From: Candidatus Johnevansia muelleri
Lineage (GTDB): Bacteria; Pseudomonadota; Gammaproteobacteria; Johnevansiales; Johnevansiaceae
Assembly: GCA_000953435.1 (NCBI GenBank)
Contig: LM655252.1
Location: 270,001 to 302,000 of the forward strand
Direction: 5' to 3'
Length of the DNA: 32,000 nucleotides
The notes under the pieces were generated by a model. It saw only the letters and a list, made by a program, of their open reading frames with translations. It made no database searches and had not been told where the DNA came from. This document shows positions 1 to 8,639 of this stretch, piece after piece (the stretch's first letter is position 1; every line of letters starts with the position of its first letter). The position numbers and the translations under genes were made by a program.

Positions 1-539
1 TTAGGGTATTACAATTAAGTTATAATAATTATTATATTATTATAATACCTATAAATATATATTTGTTTATATATTTATTAAATACATTAGGAATATTTTG
101 TATATTAACTATTTTATCATCAAAATCATATAATAATTATGATGGAGATATTAGTAGTTATAGTGCTATGTTTAATAAAAGACCTATTATTACTTTAATT
201 TTAACTTATTTTTTAATATCTCAATTAGGATTTCCTTTAACTGCTGGATTTTTATGCAAATTTTATTTATATTATTTAATAATAAATGCTAAATTAATTT
301 TATTAATTATTATTAATTTAATCGGACATATATTTAGTATTTATTATTATATACGTATAATAAGATTATTATATTTAAATAAAATTAATTTAATTGAAAA
401 AAATATTAAATTTCATTGGGGCATTATTATCATAATAACATTGATAATATTAATGTTATTAATTATAGGTTTTTATCCTATGTTTTTAATAAAATTAATT
501 AATTCTGCTAAATTAATAAATTTTATTAAATTATATTGA
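1..539 (+). CDS. nuoN: NADH-quinone oxidoreductase subunit N, C-terminal part (5' end lies off the window)
   Basis: The reading frame starting at nt 3 has no stop before nt 63, so the 158-aa track ORF is only the tail of a longer gene. The product is a very hydrophobic polytopic sequence. The motif PLTAGFLCKFYLYY...IFSIYYYIRIIRLLY resembles the conserved NuoN/ND2 C-terminus. Confidence 0.7.
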   Translation, partial: RVLQLSYNNYYIIIIPINIYLFIYLLNTLGIFCILTILSSKSYNNYDGDISSYSAMFNKRPIITLILTYFLISQLGFPLTAGFLCKFYLYYLIINAKLILLIIINLIGHIFSIYYYIRIIRLLYLNKINLIEKNIKFHWGIIIIITLIILMLLIIGFYPMFLIKLINSAKLINFIKLY

Positions 540-1362
540 TATAACCATCAAAAACTTTTTCTGCAGGACCTATAATATTAATATTATTTCCATTCCAACA
601 TACATTTAATTTTCCACCAGGTAAATAAATATATACATTATTAGTTAATAATCCTCTACGTATTCCAGTAACGGCTGCTGCACAAGCAGCAGTACCACAA
701 GCTAAAGTTTCACCTACTCCTCTTTCAAAAACACGCATAATAATTATATTACATGATATAATTTGTATAAAACTAACATTAACTTTTTTAGGAAAATATT
801 TACTTATTTGTAATGCGTATCCTAATTCATTTAATGGTAATTTTTTTAAATTTTTAAATAATATAATAGAGTGTGGATTACCTATTGATACTACACTTAT
901 ATAAATTTCAATATATATATTATTTATATAAATTTTAATTTTATGTATTAATTTATCTTTATATCTTAAAAAAGGAATATATAATGGATTAAAAATAGGA
1001 TTATCCATTTCTACTAATATATTTTTTTTTTTTTTTTTTAAAGTAATAATGTTATTTATAGTTTTTACTTTTATTTTTTTTTTATAAGTTAAATAGTTAT
1101 CAAAAATAAATTTAGCTAAACACCGAGATCCATTAACACAATTCTCTACTTCACTAGAATCATTATTAAATATTCTATAATTAAAATCAACATTAGATGA
1201 TTTAGACTTTTCTATAATTAACAACTGATCAAATCCTACTCCTAAATTTCTATCGGAAAATTTTTTTATAAATTTTGTAGTTAATGATATATTTTGTGTA
1301 ATAAGATCAATAACCATAAAATCATTACCTAATCCATGCATTTTACTAAAATATAATAACAT
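526..1362 (-). CDS. dapF: diaminopimelate epimerase
   Basis: 278 aa. N-terminal FSKMHGLGNDFMVID, plus the two catalytic-Cys contexts ENCVNGSRC and ERGVGETLACGTAACAAA, and SIGNPH. The 3' end overlaps the nuoN 3' end convergently by 14 nt. Confidence 0.92.
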   Translation of the reverse strand: MLLYFSKMHGLGNDFMVIDLITQNISLTTKFIKKFSDRNLGVGFDQLLIIEKSKSSNVDFNYRIFNNDSSEVENCVNGSRCLAKFIFDNYLTYKKKIKVKTINNIITLKKKKKNILVEMDNPIFNPLYIPFLRYKDKLIHKIKIYINNIYIEIYISVVSIGNPHSIILFKNLKKLPLNELGYALQISKYFPKKVNVSFIQIISCNIIIMRVFERGVGETLACGTAACAAAVTGIRRGLLTNNVYIYLPGGKLNVCWNGNNINIIGPAEKVFDGYINII

Positions 1363-1383
1363 TAGATCTCCATCTCAATTTAA

Positions 1384-2658
1384 TTAAAATTGTTCATAAT
1401 ATAATAATTTTTTTAATAATTCTTTTTTACGTATTAAATAAATTTCATTTTCTTCAACCATAATTTCTGAAGGACGAATTCTTGTATTATAATTTGAAGC
1501 CATAACAAATCCATAAGCACCTGCAGAACGAATAGCTAGATAATCTCCTTCAGTAATAGATAATAATCTTGATTTTCCTACAAAATCACTAGATTCACAA
1601 ATAGGACCTACTATATCATAATAAGCTTTTTTTCTAATAAATCCTTTATCATTATGTATACGTATATCTACTTGATCAATATTTTGCCAAGCATTATATA
1701 AAGATGGTCTTATTATATCGTTCATTCCTGCATCAATTATAGCAAATTTTTTTTTTTCATTTATTTTAATATATTCAATACGAGTTAATAATATCCCAGC
1801 ATCAGCAGCTATTGATCTACCTGGTTCAATAATTAAAGGAATATTAACAGTTTCTTTATTATTTAATTTATTTAATATTTTTTTTATATATAATTTTATT
1901 GGGGGAGGATATAGATTAAAATAATCTACACCTAATCCACCTCCTAAATTAATATGTTGAATTTTAATATTTTGTTTATTTTTTAAAATACTAATTAATT
2001 CTATTAAATGATCAATAGTATTTAAAATTGGTGAAAAATTAGTAATTTGTGACCCAATATGACAATTAATACCAATAATTTTAATAAAATTAAGAGTTTT
2101 TGCATATGCATAAATTAATGGTGCTTGTTTTATAGGAATACCAAATTTATTATCTTTTAATCCTGTTGAAATATAAGGATGGGTTTTAGGATCAATATTA
2201 GGATTAACACGTATTGAAATTTTAGCAGTTTTTCCAATACTCTTAGCAATATTATTTATACGTTGTAACTCAGAACAAGATTCAACATTAAAACATTTTA
2301 TATTTACATTTAATGCTTGTATAATTTCATCTGCTCTTTTAGCAACACCAGAAAAAACTATTTTAGATGGATCACATCCTGCCATTAATACCCGTTCTAA
2401 TTCACCACCAGAAACTATATCAAAACCTGAACCTAATTTTGATAACATATTTAATATAGCTAAATTTGAATTGGTTTTAATTGCATAACAAATTATATGT
2501 GGATAATTTTTAAGCGCTTGTTGATAAATAATAAATTGATTAATTATTGCATTTTTAGAATATACATAACAAGGTGTCCCTATTAGTTTAGCAATTGTAT
2601 TTAATGATATTTCTTCAATATGTAAAATCCCATTTTTACATCTTTTAAAAAAATTCAT
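1384..2658 (-). CDS. lysA: diaminopimelate decarboxylase
   Basis: 424 aa. PLP-lysine context CYAIKTNSN, plus GGGLGV, IIEPGRSIAADAG and GPICESSDF, as in the LysA/orn-DAP-Arg decarboxylase family. Confidence 0.92.
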   Translation of the reverse strand: MNFFKRCKNGILHIEEISLNTIAKLIGTPCYVYSKNAIINQFIIYQQALKNYPHIICYAIKTNSNLAILNMLSKLGSGFDIVSGGELERVLMAGCDPSKIVFSGVAKRADEIIQALNVNIKCFNVESCSELQRINNIAKSIGKTAKISIRVNPNIDPKTHPYISTGLKDNKFGIPIKQAPLIYAYAKTLNFIKIIGINCHIGSQITNFSPILNTIDHLIELISILKNKQNIKIQHINLGGGLGVDYFNLYPPPIKLYIKKILNKLNNKETVNIPLIIEPGRSIAADAGILLTRIEYIKINEKKKFAIIDAGMNDIIRPSLYNAWQNIDQVDIRIHNDKGFIRKKAYYDIVGPICESSDFVGKSRLLSITEGDYLAIRSAGAYGFVMASNYNTRIRPSEIMVEENEIYLIRKKELLKKLLYYEQF

Positions 2659-2684
2659 AATTTTTATTACTTATTATATAAAAT

Positions 2685-4067
2685 TTATTTAATTTTCTTA
2701 AAAGCACGTATAGCTGCAAAACGTACTTGATCTGGAGCTGTTCCCCCAATATGATTACGAACAGATACTGATCCTTCAGGTTTTTGTATATAAAAAATAT
2801 CTTTTTTTATTTTATAAGAAAAGTTTTGTAGTTCTTTAATTTTTAATTCACATATTTTTTTTTTTTTTTTAATAGCATAATAAACTAATTTTCCAACAAT
2901 TTCATGTGCATCACGAAATGTAACATTTTTATTAACTAAATAATCAGCAATATCAGTTGCAGTAGAATAACCTAAAAGTGCTGCTTTATACATATTTTTT
3001 TTATTTACTTTTATTCCTGGTATAATTTTACAAAAAGCTAAAATACAGTTTTTAACTGTGTCTATACTATCAAAAATAGGTTCTTTATCTTCTTGATTAT
3101 CTTTATTATAAGATAATGGTTGTGATTTCATAATTGTTAATAAACTTAAAAGGTTACCGTATATACGACCTGTTTTACCCCGTATTAATTCTGGAACATC
3201 AGGATTTTTTTTTTGTGGCATTATTGATGATCCAGTACAAAATTTATCAGGAAGATTAATAAAATTAAATTGATAACTAGTCCACATTATAATTTCTTCA
3301 CTAATACGTGATAAATGCATTAATAATATACTACAAAAAGCTGTAAACTCTATAGCAAAATCACGATCACTTACCGAATCTATTGAATTTTCTGATGGTC
3401 TATCAAAATATAGTAAATCTGCTGTAATATATCTATTAATTTGATAAGTTGTACCAGCTAAAGCTGCAGAACCTAATGGAAGAATATTTATTCTTTTTCT
3501 ACAATCTAATAAACGGTCATGATCACGTGATAACATTTCTTGCCAAGCTAATAAATGATGTCCCAAAGTAATAGGTTGAGCTATTTGAAGATGAGTAAAC
3601 CCAGGCATAATAGTTTTATATTCATTATTAGCTTTTTTAATTAAAATTAATCGTAATTCTTTTAATTGTTTACTAATAATATCTATTTCATCACGTAAAT
3701 ATAAACGGATAGTAGTAGCTACTTGATCATTACGTGATCTACCAGTATGTAATTTTTTACCAACTATTCCAATTTTTTTTATTAAATTATATTCAATATT
3801 CATATGAATATCTTCTAGTGATATAGACCAATAAAAAATATTCTTTTTTATATCTTGTTCTATTTCTAATAAACCATTCTTAATTCTATTAAGTTCATTT
3901 TTATTTATTACTCCTATTAAGTTTAACATTGTAACATGTGCTTTAGATGTTATAATATCATGATAATATAAACGTTTATCAAAATCTATAGAAGCATTAA
4001 ATTTTTTAACGAATTTATCAGTATATTCATTAAACCGCGCACCCCAAGATTTATTAATTAATTTCAT
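2685..4067 (-). CDS. argH: argininosuccinate lyase
   Basis: 460 aa. WGARF near the N-terminus, TGRSRNDQV, and the fumarate-lyase signature [12 protein letters not shown]. Confidence 0.95.
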   Translation of the reverse strand: MKLINKSWGARFNEYTDKFVKKFNASIDFDKRLYYHDIITSKAHVTMLNLIGVINKNELNRIKNGLLEIEQDIKKNIFYWSISLEDIHMNIEYNLIKKIGIVGKKLHTGRSRNDQVATTIRLYLRDEIDIISKQLKELRLILIKKANNEYKTIMPGFTHLQIAQPITLGHHLLAWQEMLSRDHDRLLDCRKRINILPLGSAALAGTTYQINRYITADLLYFDRPSENSIDSVSDRDFAIEFTAFCSILLMHLSRISEEIIMWTSYQFNFINLPDKFCTGSSIMPQKKNPDVPELIRGKTGRIYGNLLSLLTIMKSQPLSYNKDNQEDKEPIFDSIDTVKNCILAFCKIIPGIKVNKKNMYKAALLGYSTATDIADYLVNKNVTFRDAHEIVGKLVYYAIKKKKKICELKIKELQNFSYKIKKDIFYIQKPEGSVSVRNHIGGTAPDQVRFAAIRAFKKIK

Positions 4068-4114
4068 AAAATCCTTTTTATTATTTTTAAATTTAAATAA
4101 ATATTAATTATTAA

Positions 4115-4187
4115 GCCGGTGTAGCTCAATAGGTAGAGTTACGCATTCGTAATGCGTAGGTTATAGGTTCAATTCCTATCACCGGCA
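4115..4187 (+). tRNA. tRNA-Thr (anticodon CGU)
   Basis: Hand-folded cloverleaf. Acceptor gccggtg/caccggc. Anticodon stem acgca/tgcgt with loop ttCGTaa. T arm atagg-ttcaatt-cctat. No encoded CCA. Confidence 0.85.
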
Positions 4188-5297
4188 TTCATTATTGAAT
4201 GAATATTTAATTATTCCTCCTCCTAAACAATTTTCTCCATCATATAATACTATTGATTGTCCTGGTGTTATAGCACGTTGATGTTTATAAAACATAACAT
4301 ATATAGATCCATTATTTTTAAAAAAAACCTTACAAATTTGATCTTTTTGACTATATCGTATTTTGGCTTTTAATTTAAGAAAATTATTTATAATTGGTGG
4401 TGTACCTAATATCCATGATAACGATTCAGAAATTATTGTATTATGATATAATAAAGGATTATATTTACCTTGAATTACAATTAATACATGTCTATTTAAA
4501 TCTTTTTTAATAACATACCATGGGGATTCAATAAAATTAGAATTTCCTCCAATTCCAATTCCTTTACGTTGTCCAATAGTATAATAAATTAATCCATTAT
4601 GTTTACCTATTATTATACCTTTATATGTTTCAATATTACCAGGTACAGCATTAATATATTGAGAAATAAAATTTTTAAATTTTCTTTTACCAATAAAACA
4701 AATACCCATTGAATCTTTTTTTTTTGATGTTATTAATGATTCTTTTTCAGCTATTTTACGAACAGTTGATTTTTCTAAATTACCAAGTGGAAATAAGGTA
4801 TGTTTAAGTGCAAAATTATTTATTGAATATAAAAAATAACTTTGATCTTTTTTTTTAGATAAACCTTTAAATAAATATACATTTCCAGTTATATTAGAAA
4901 TATATTTTCTAGCATAATGTCCTGTTGCTATCAAATCTGCACCTAAAAAATTTTTAGCATAATAAAAAAAAACTTTAAATTTAATTTCTTTATTACAAAG
5001 AATATCGGGATTAGGAGTTTTACCAATATTATATTCATTAATAAAATTTTTAAAAACCTTTTCCCAATATTCTTTAGAAAAATTATTTATATGTAAATGT
5101 ATATTTAAATTAGAACATACTTGTTGTGCATATAATAAATCTATTTTAGCTGTACAATATTTAGTATTATCATCTTTAGTCCAATTTTTCATAAATAAAC
5201 CTTCAACATTATATCCTTGTTTAATTAGTAAAACTGCTGCTACTGAAGAATCAACCCCGCCCGACATTGCAACAATTATTTTTAATTTATTTTTCAT
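4179..5297 (-). CDS. mnmA: tRNA 2-thiouridine(34) synthase MnmA
   Basis: PP-loop IIVAMSGGVDSSVAA with MnmA-like sequence throughout. I moved the start to the internal ATG at 5297 (MKNKLKIIVAMSGG), which sits 2 nt after the infA stop. The track ORF start at 5336 would overlap infA. The last 9 nt overlap the tRNA-Thr 3' end on the opposite strand. Confidence 0.9.
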   Translation of the reverse strand: MKNKLKIIVAMSGGVDSSVAAVLLIKQGYNVEGLFMKNWTKDDNTKYCTAKIDLLYAQQVCSNLNIHLHINNFSKEYWEKVFKNFINEYNIGKTPNPDILCNKEIKFKVFFYYAKNFLGADLIATGHYARKYISNITGNVYLFKGLSKKKDQSYFLYSINNFALKHTLFPLGNLEKSTVRKIAEKESLITSKKKDSMGICFIGKRKFKNFISQYINAVPGNIETYKGIIIGKHNGLIYYTIGQRKGIGIGGNSNFIESPWYVIKKDLNRHVLIVIQGKYNPLLYHNTIISESLSWILGTPPIINNFLKLKAKIRYSQKDQICKVFFKNNGSIYVMFYKHQRAITPGQSIVLYDGENCLGGGIIKYSFNNECR

Positions 5298-5298
5298 T

Positions 5299-5514
5299 TT
5301 ATATACGATATATAATACGACCTTTATTAAGATCATAAGTATTAATTTCTAATTTTACTTTATCACCAATTAAAATACGTATATAATTTTTTCTTATTTT
5401 ACCTGAAATATGAGCTAAAATTATATGTCCATTATCTAATTTTACTCTAAACATAGTATTAGGTAATAAACTAATAACAGTACCATCCATTTCAATATAT
5501 TCTTTGCGTATCAA
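5299..5514 (-). CDS. infA: translation initiation factor IF-1
   Basis: 71 aa, near-collinear with bacterial IF-1 (IEMDGTV...[12 protein letters not shown]...[19 protein letters not shown]...YDL.KGRI..R). TTG start. Confidence 0.93.
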   Translation of the reverse strand: MIRKEYIEMDGTVISLLPNTMFRVKLDNGHIILAHISGKIRKNYIRILIGDKVKLEINTYDLNKGRIIYRI

Positions 5515-5879
5515 ATTAAATTTCCTATAATAAATATAAATTTAATTTTGTTAAATAATATTATATAGATTAAGATTAATATGGTATTATAAATACTCAT
5601 TTTTTAGCTAATATTATAAATGTATACTAATGAAATTTAATATCACGATGATGAATTCGTTCTGAGAATCTTTATACAGTAATTAAAAATGCAATTAGTT
5701 AAATGTGTTTTTATTTGTTTTAAACAAATTTTGTATTTAAAAAAAATAAGCTATTGCTTGTTATAAACTTTTAAAGTATGTTAATAAATATTTTTATTTA
5801 GTAGCTGCTGATAAAATTTTTCATTTTGTATTTATAAAATAAAGAGTAAATTATCAATTTAAAAATAAGTACATTAAAT

Positions 5880-6773
5880 ATGTTTAAATTTAATTTATGT
5901 TTATTAATGAATATTTCAATATTAATAATATTTTATATTATATTAAAAATTTTAGGAATATTTAATATATTAAATAAATATTATTTAATATTTATTATTA
6001 TATATGGGTTTATTGGATCACTTATATCACTTTTATACTCTAAATATATAAATTTACATGAATTAAAATTAATTAAAACTCATTCTAATTTAAAAGAAAA
6101 ATGGTTAATAGAAGCAGTAAAAAAACTTTCTTATTTATTAAAAATAAAGACTCCTGATATAGGTATATTTAAATCAAAGTTAACTAATGCTTATGCAACT
6201 GGGTGGCATAAAAATCATTCTTTAATTGCTTTTTCTGATTCATTACTTATTAATCTGAATAAGAATGAAATTAGTGCAGTAATATGCCATGAAATGGCTC
6301 ATATTATTACGGGTGATATGATAACGTTAGGATTACTTCAAGGAACAATTAATGTTTTTGTAATATTAGTTACAATAATTATTGAAGAATTATTATTATT
6401 ATTTATAGTATCTAATAAAAAACTTAATAAAAATAAAGTTATAAAATTTATAATTTTAAATATACAAAATTATACTTATGTTTTTATAAATACAATATTA
6501 GGAATTATTTCTCAAATGATTTTATCTTGGTTTTCTAGAACACGTGAATTTAGAGCTGATGCAATAAGCGCAAAACTTATTGGTAAAGAAAATATGATAG
6601 GTGTTTTAAATAAACTTAAACTAGAAAAAAATATTAAAAATACACTACCTAAATCAATTTTAGCATTTGGTATTAATGATGGTAAGCAAATAGGAAACTT
6701 TTTAAATTATTTATTAAACACTCATCCACCTATAGATGATAGAATTAATGAATTAAAAAAATTAAAAATTTGA
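5880..6773 (+). CDS. htpX: membrane zinc metalloprotease HtpX (M48 family)
   Basis: 297 aa with N-terminal TM helices. HEMAHIITGDM zinc motif, FSRTREFRAD, and C-terminal THPPIDDRI, collinear with E. coli HtpX. Confidence 0.9.
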   Translation: MFKFNLCLLMNISILIIFYIILKILGIFNILNKYYLIFIIIYGFIGSLISLLYSKYINLHELKLIKTHSNLKEKWLIEAVKKLSYLLKIKTPDIGIFKSKLTNAYATGWHKNHSLIAFSDSLLINLNKNEISAVICHEMAHIITGDMITLGLLQGTINVFVILVTIIIEELLLLFIVSNKKLNKNKVIKFIILNIQNYTYVFINTILGIISQMILSWFSRTREFRADAISAKLIGKENMIGVLNKLKLEKNIKNTLPKSILAFGINDGKQIGNFLNYLLNTHPPIDDRINELKKLKI

Positions 6774-6815
6774 CTTTTAAATTTTTAAAATATATCATAT
6801 ACATATAGAATTTTT

Positions 6816-6888
6816 GTCCCGTTCGTCTAGAGGTCTAGGACATTGCCCTTTCACGGCAGTAACAGGGGTTCAATTCCCCTACGGGACG
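6816..6888 (+). tRNA. tRNA-Glu (anticodon UUC)
   Basis: Near-identical in architecture to E. coli tRNA-Glu. Acceptor gtcccgt/acgggac. Anticodon loop ctTTCac. T arm agggg-ttcaatt-cccct. Confidence 0.9.
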
Positions 6889-7144
6889 AATAACTTTATC
6901 ACTGCGGTAATAGCTCAGAGAGGTCTAGGCCAGGGCAGTAACAGGGGTTCAATTCCCCTACGGGACGAATAACTTTATCACTGCGGTAATAGCTCAGAGA
7001 GGTCTAGGCCAGGGCAGTAACAGGGGTTCAATTCCCCTACGGGACGAATAACTTTATCACTGCGGTAATAGCTCAGAGAGGTCTAGGCCAGGGCAGTAAC
7101 AGGGGTTCAATTCCCCTACGGGACGAATAACTTTATCACTGCGG
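6855..7144. repeat. 79-bp perfect tandem repeat (about 3.7 copies) built from tRNA-Glu 3' half + 15-nt spacer + tRNA-Gly-like 5' end; it contains three chimeric anticodon-less tRNA-like units
   Basis: Identical 79-bp units at 6904-6982, 6983-7061 and 7062-7140. Unit sequence: gcggtaatagctcagagaggtctaggccagggcagtaacaggggttcaattcccctacgggacgaataactttatcact. A partial copy is provided by the real tRNA-Glu 3' half (from 6855) plus the spacer. The array ends in the real tRNA-Gly 5' end. Confidence 0.9.
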
Positions 7145-7213
7145 GAATAGCTCAGTTGGTAGAGCATCACCTTGCCAAGGTGAGGGTCGCGAGTTCGAAT
7201 CTCGTTTCCCGCT
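7141..7213 (+). tRNA. tRNA-Gly (anticodon GCC)
   Basis: Acceptor gcgggaa/ttcccgc. Anticodon stem cacct/aggtg with loop tGCCa. T arm gcgag-ttcgaat-ctcgt. Very close to E. coli tRNA-Gly(GCC). Confidence 0.9.
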
Positions 7214-7221
7214 TTCTAGAA

Positions 7222-7308
7222 GGAGAGATGCCCGAGTGGTTTAAGGAACACGCCTGGAAAGTGTGTAAGTTTTAAAAAACTTCGGGGGTTCAAATCCCCC
7301 TCTCTCCG
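7222..7308 (+). tRNA. tRNA-Ser (anticodon GGA)
   Basis: Class II tRNA with a long variable arm (aagtttt-aaaa-aacttc). Acceptor ggagaga/tctctcc. Anticodon loop ctGGAaa. T arm ggggg-ttcaaat-ccccc. Confidence 0.88.
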
Positions 7309-7350
7309 AATAATATTTAACTCTAATAACTATAAAGTAAGGGAATAATT

Positions 7351-7686
7351 ATGAATAATATAGATGTAATAAAAACCAATTTTGATATAGAAGTAATAAA
7401 ATCTAAAAAACCTGTATTTTTAAAGTTTTGGGCACCTTGGTGTAATCATTGCAAATTAATAAATCCATTAATTGATGAAATTAAAGAAGAAAGAGCAGAT
7501 ACTTTAAAAGTAGTTTATATTAATATAGATAATGCTAGAGATCTCGCATTAGAACAAAATGTTAAAAGTATTCCTACTTTTATTATGTTTAATAATGGTA
7601 AAAAAATTGATACATTAAGAGGTAATATGTATAAAAAAGAAATTTTAAATTTTATAGATAAAAATTTAAAAAAAAATAATACATAA
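7351..7686 (+). CDS. trxA: thioredoxin with a non-canonical WCNHC active site
   Basis: 111 aa with thioredoxin-fold landmarks: VFLKFWAPWC..CK...P..DE, and cis-Pro context KSIPTFIMF. The active site reads W-C-N-H-C (7438-7452) instead of W-C-G-P-C. Confidence 0.85.
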   Translation: MNNIDVIKTNFDIEVIKSKKPVFLKFWAPWCNHCKLINPLIDEIKEERADTLKVVYINIDNARDLALEQNVKSIPTFIMFNNGKKIDTLRGNMYKKEILNFIDKNLKKNNT

Positions 7687-7705
7687 AATATTAAATTTTT
7701 ATATA

Positions 7706-8623
7706 TTATTCAATATGACCTCCAAATTTATAACGCATTGCAGAAAGTAATTTATCAGCATAATTATTATTATTTCTAGATCTAAATCTAGAATATAATG
7801 ATGCTGTTAATACTTCTGCTGAAACAGATTTTTCTATCGCAGTATTAATAGTCCATCTACATTCACCTGAATCATTTACATATCCAATAAAATTATAAAG
7901 ATTTTCATCTTTTTTAAGTATTATATAAATTATATATAATAACCAAGATGATATAACACTACAATGGATCCATACTTCAGAAATATTTTTTAAATTTAAA
8001 TTCTTATGATTACGCATAATATTAAACCCTTCAGCATAAGATTCCATCATGCCATATTCAATTCCATTATGAATCATTTTAACAAAATGGCCTGAACCTG
8101 TATTACCACAATAAATATAATCTTTTTTATTAAATATTGAAAATTTTATATTTTTTTCTAATGAAGATAAAGACTCAAAAATATAAGTATGAATTTTAAA
8201 TATAGGTTGGTCACCTCCTATCATCAGACAATAACCTCTACTAAGTCCCCAAATTCCTCCCGAAACTCCTACATCTAAATAATTAATACCTTTTTTATAA
8301 ATAAGTTTAAAACGAGATATATCATCTTTAAAATTAGCATTACTTCCATCAATAATAGTATCACCTGTATTAAGATATTTTATAAGTTGATATATTGTTT
8401 TGGCAGTAATGTTACCATATGGTAACATTATCCAAATTGATCTAGGTGTATAAAGTTTTTTTAATAAATCTTTAAAAAAAAATGTTATTTCTCCACCATA
8501 TTCTTCAAATAATTTAATTATATATATATTTAAATCAAAAACAACACAATTATGTTTATTATTTAATAAACGTCTAGCTATATTACTCCCCATTTTACCT
8601 AATCCTATAATACCTAATCTCAA
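7706..8623 (-). CDS. short (305 aa) 6-phosphogluconate dehydrogenase-like protein (YqeC/GndA-like type)
   Basis: Rossmann N-terminus LGIIGLGKMGSNIA and the 6PGDH core GSGHFVKMIHNGIEYGMMESYAEGF. The product lacks the long C-terminal tail of classical Gnd. TTG start with an AGGAG Shine-Dalgarno that overlaps the stop of the upstream gnd. Confidence 0.8.
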   Translation of the reverse strand: MRLGIIGLGKMGSNIARRLLNNKHNCVVFDLNIYIIKLFEEYGGEITFFFKDLLKKLYTPRSIWIMLPYGNITAKTIYQLIKYLNTGDTIIDGSNANFKDDISRFKLIYKKGINYLDVGVSGGIWGLSRGYCLMIGGDQPIFKIHTYIFESLSSLEKNIKFSIFNKKDYIYCGNTGSGHFVKMIHNGIEYGMMESYAEGFNIMRNHKNLNLKNISEVWIHCSVISSWLLYIIYIILKKDENLYNFIGYVNDSGECRWTINTAIEKSVSAEVLTASLYSRFRSRNNNNYADKLLSAMRYKFGGHIE

Positions 8624-8639
8624 AGTAATGCTCCTAAAC

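Noticed and set aside
4179-4187. 9-nt antisense overlap of the mnmA 3' end with tRNA-Thr, and the 14-nt nuoN/dapF convergent overlap (526-539), as possible annotation errors
   Set aside because: Both reading frames run to the first available stop with homolog-consistent lengths. Small convergent overlaps are expected in a genome this compact.
5713-5729. 17-bp palindrome ATTTGTTTTAAACAAAT in the infA-htpX spacer (possible operator)
   Set aside because: It is a pure A/T-rich palindrome with one G/C pair per arm. The chance expectation in this composition is high, and there is no second copy or associated regulator gene.
5754-5782. Sigma70-like promoter TTGCTT-N17-TATGTT about 100 nt upstream of htpX
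   Set aside because: The spacing and hexamers are good. At about 20% GC, however, -10-like hexamers occur every few bases, so a call from sequence alone is not supportable. I left it out of the features.
6889-7140. Could the regularly spaced 79-bp repeats be a CRISPR array?
   Set aside because: The units abut one another with no unique spacers. The repeat is tRNA-derived and far longer than CRISPR repeats. There are no cas genes in the window.
6855-7144. Repeated tRNA-Glu 3' halves as att-site scars of an integrative element
   Set aside because: There is no integrase, no cargo and no flanking foreign DNA. Each unit also carries a tRNA-Gly 5' fragment and the native spacer. This fits replication slippage or unequal recombination between neighbouring tRNA genes rather than site-specific integration.
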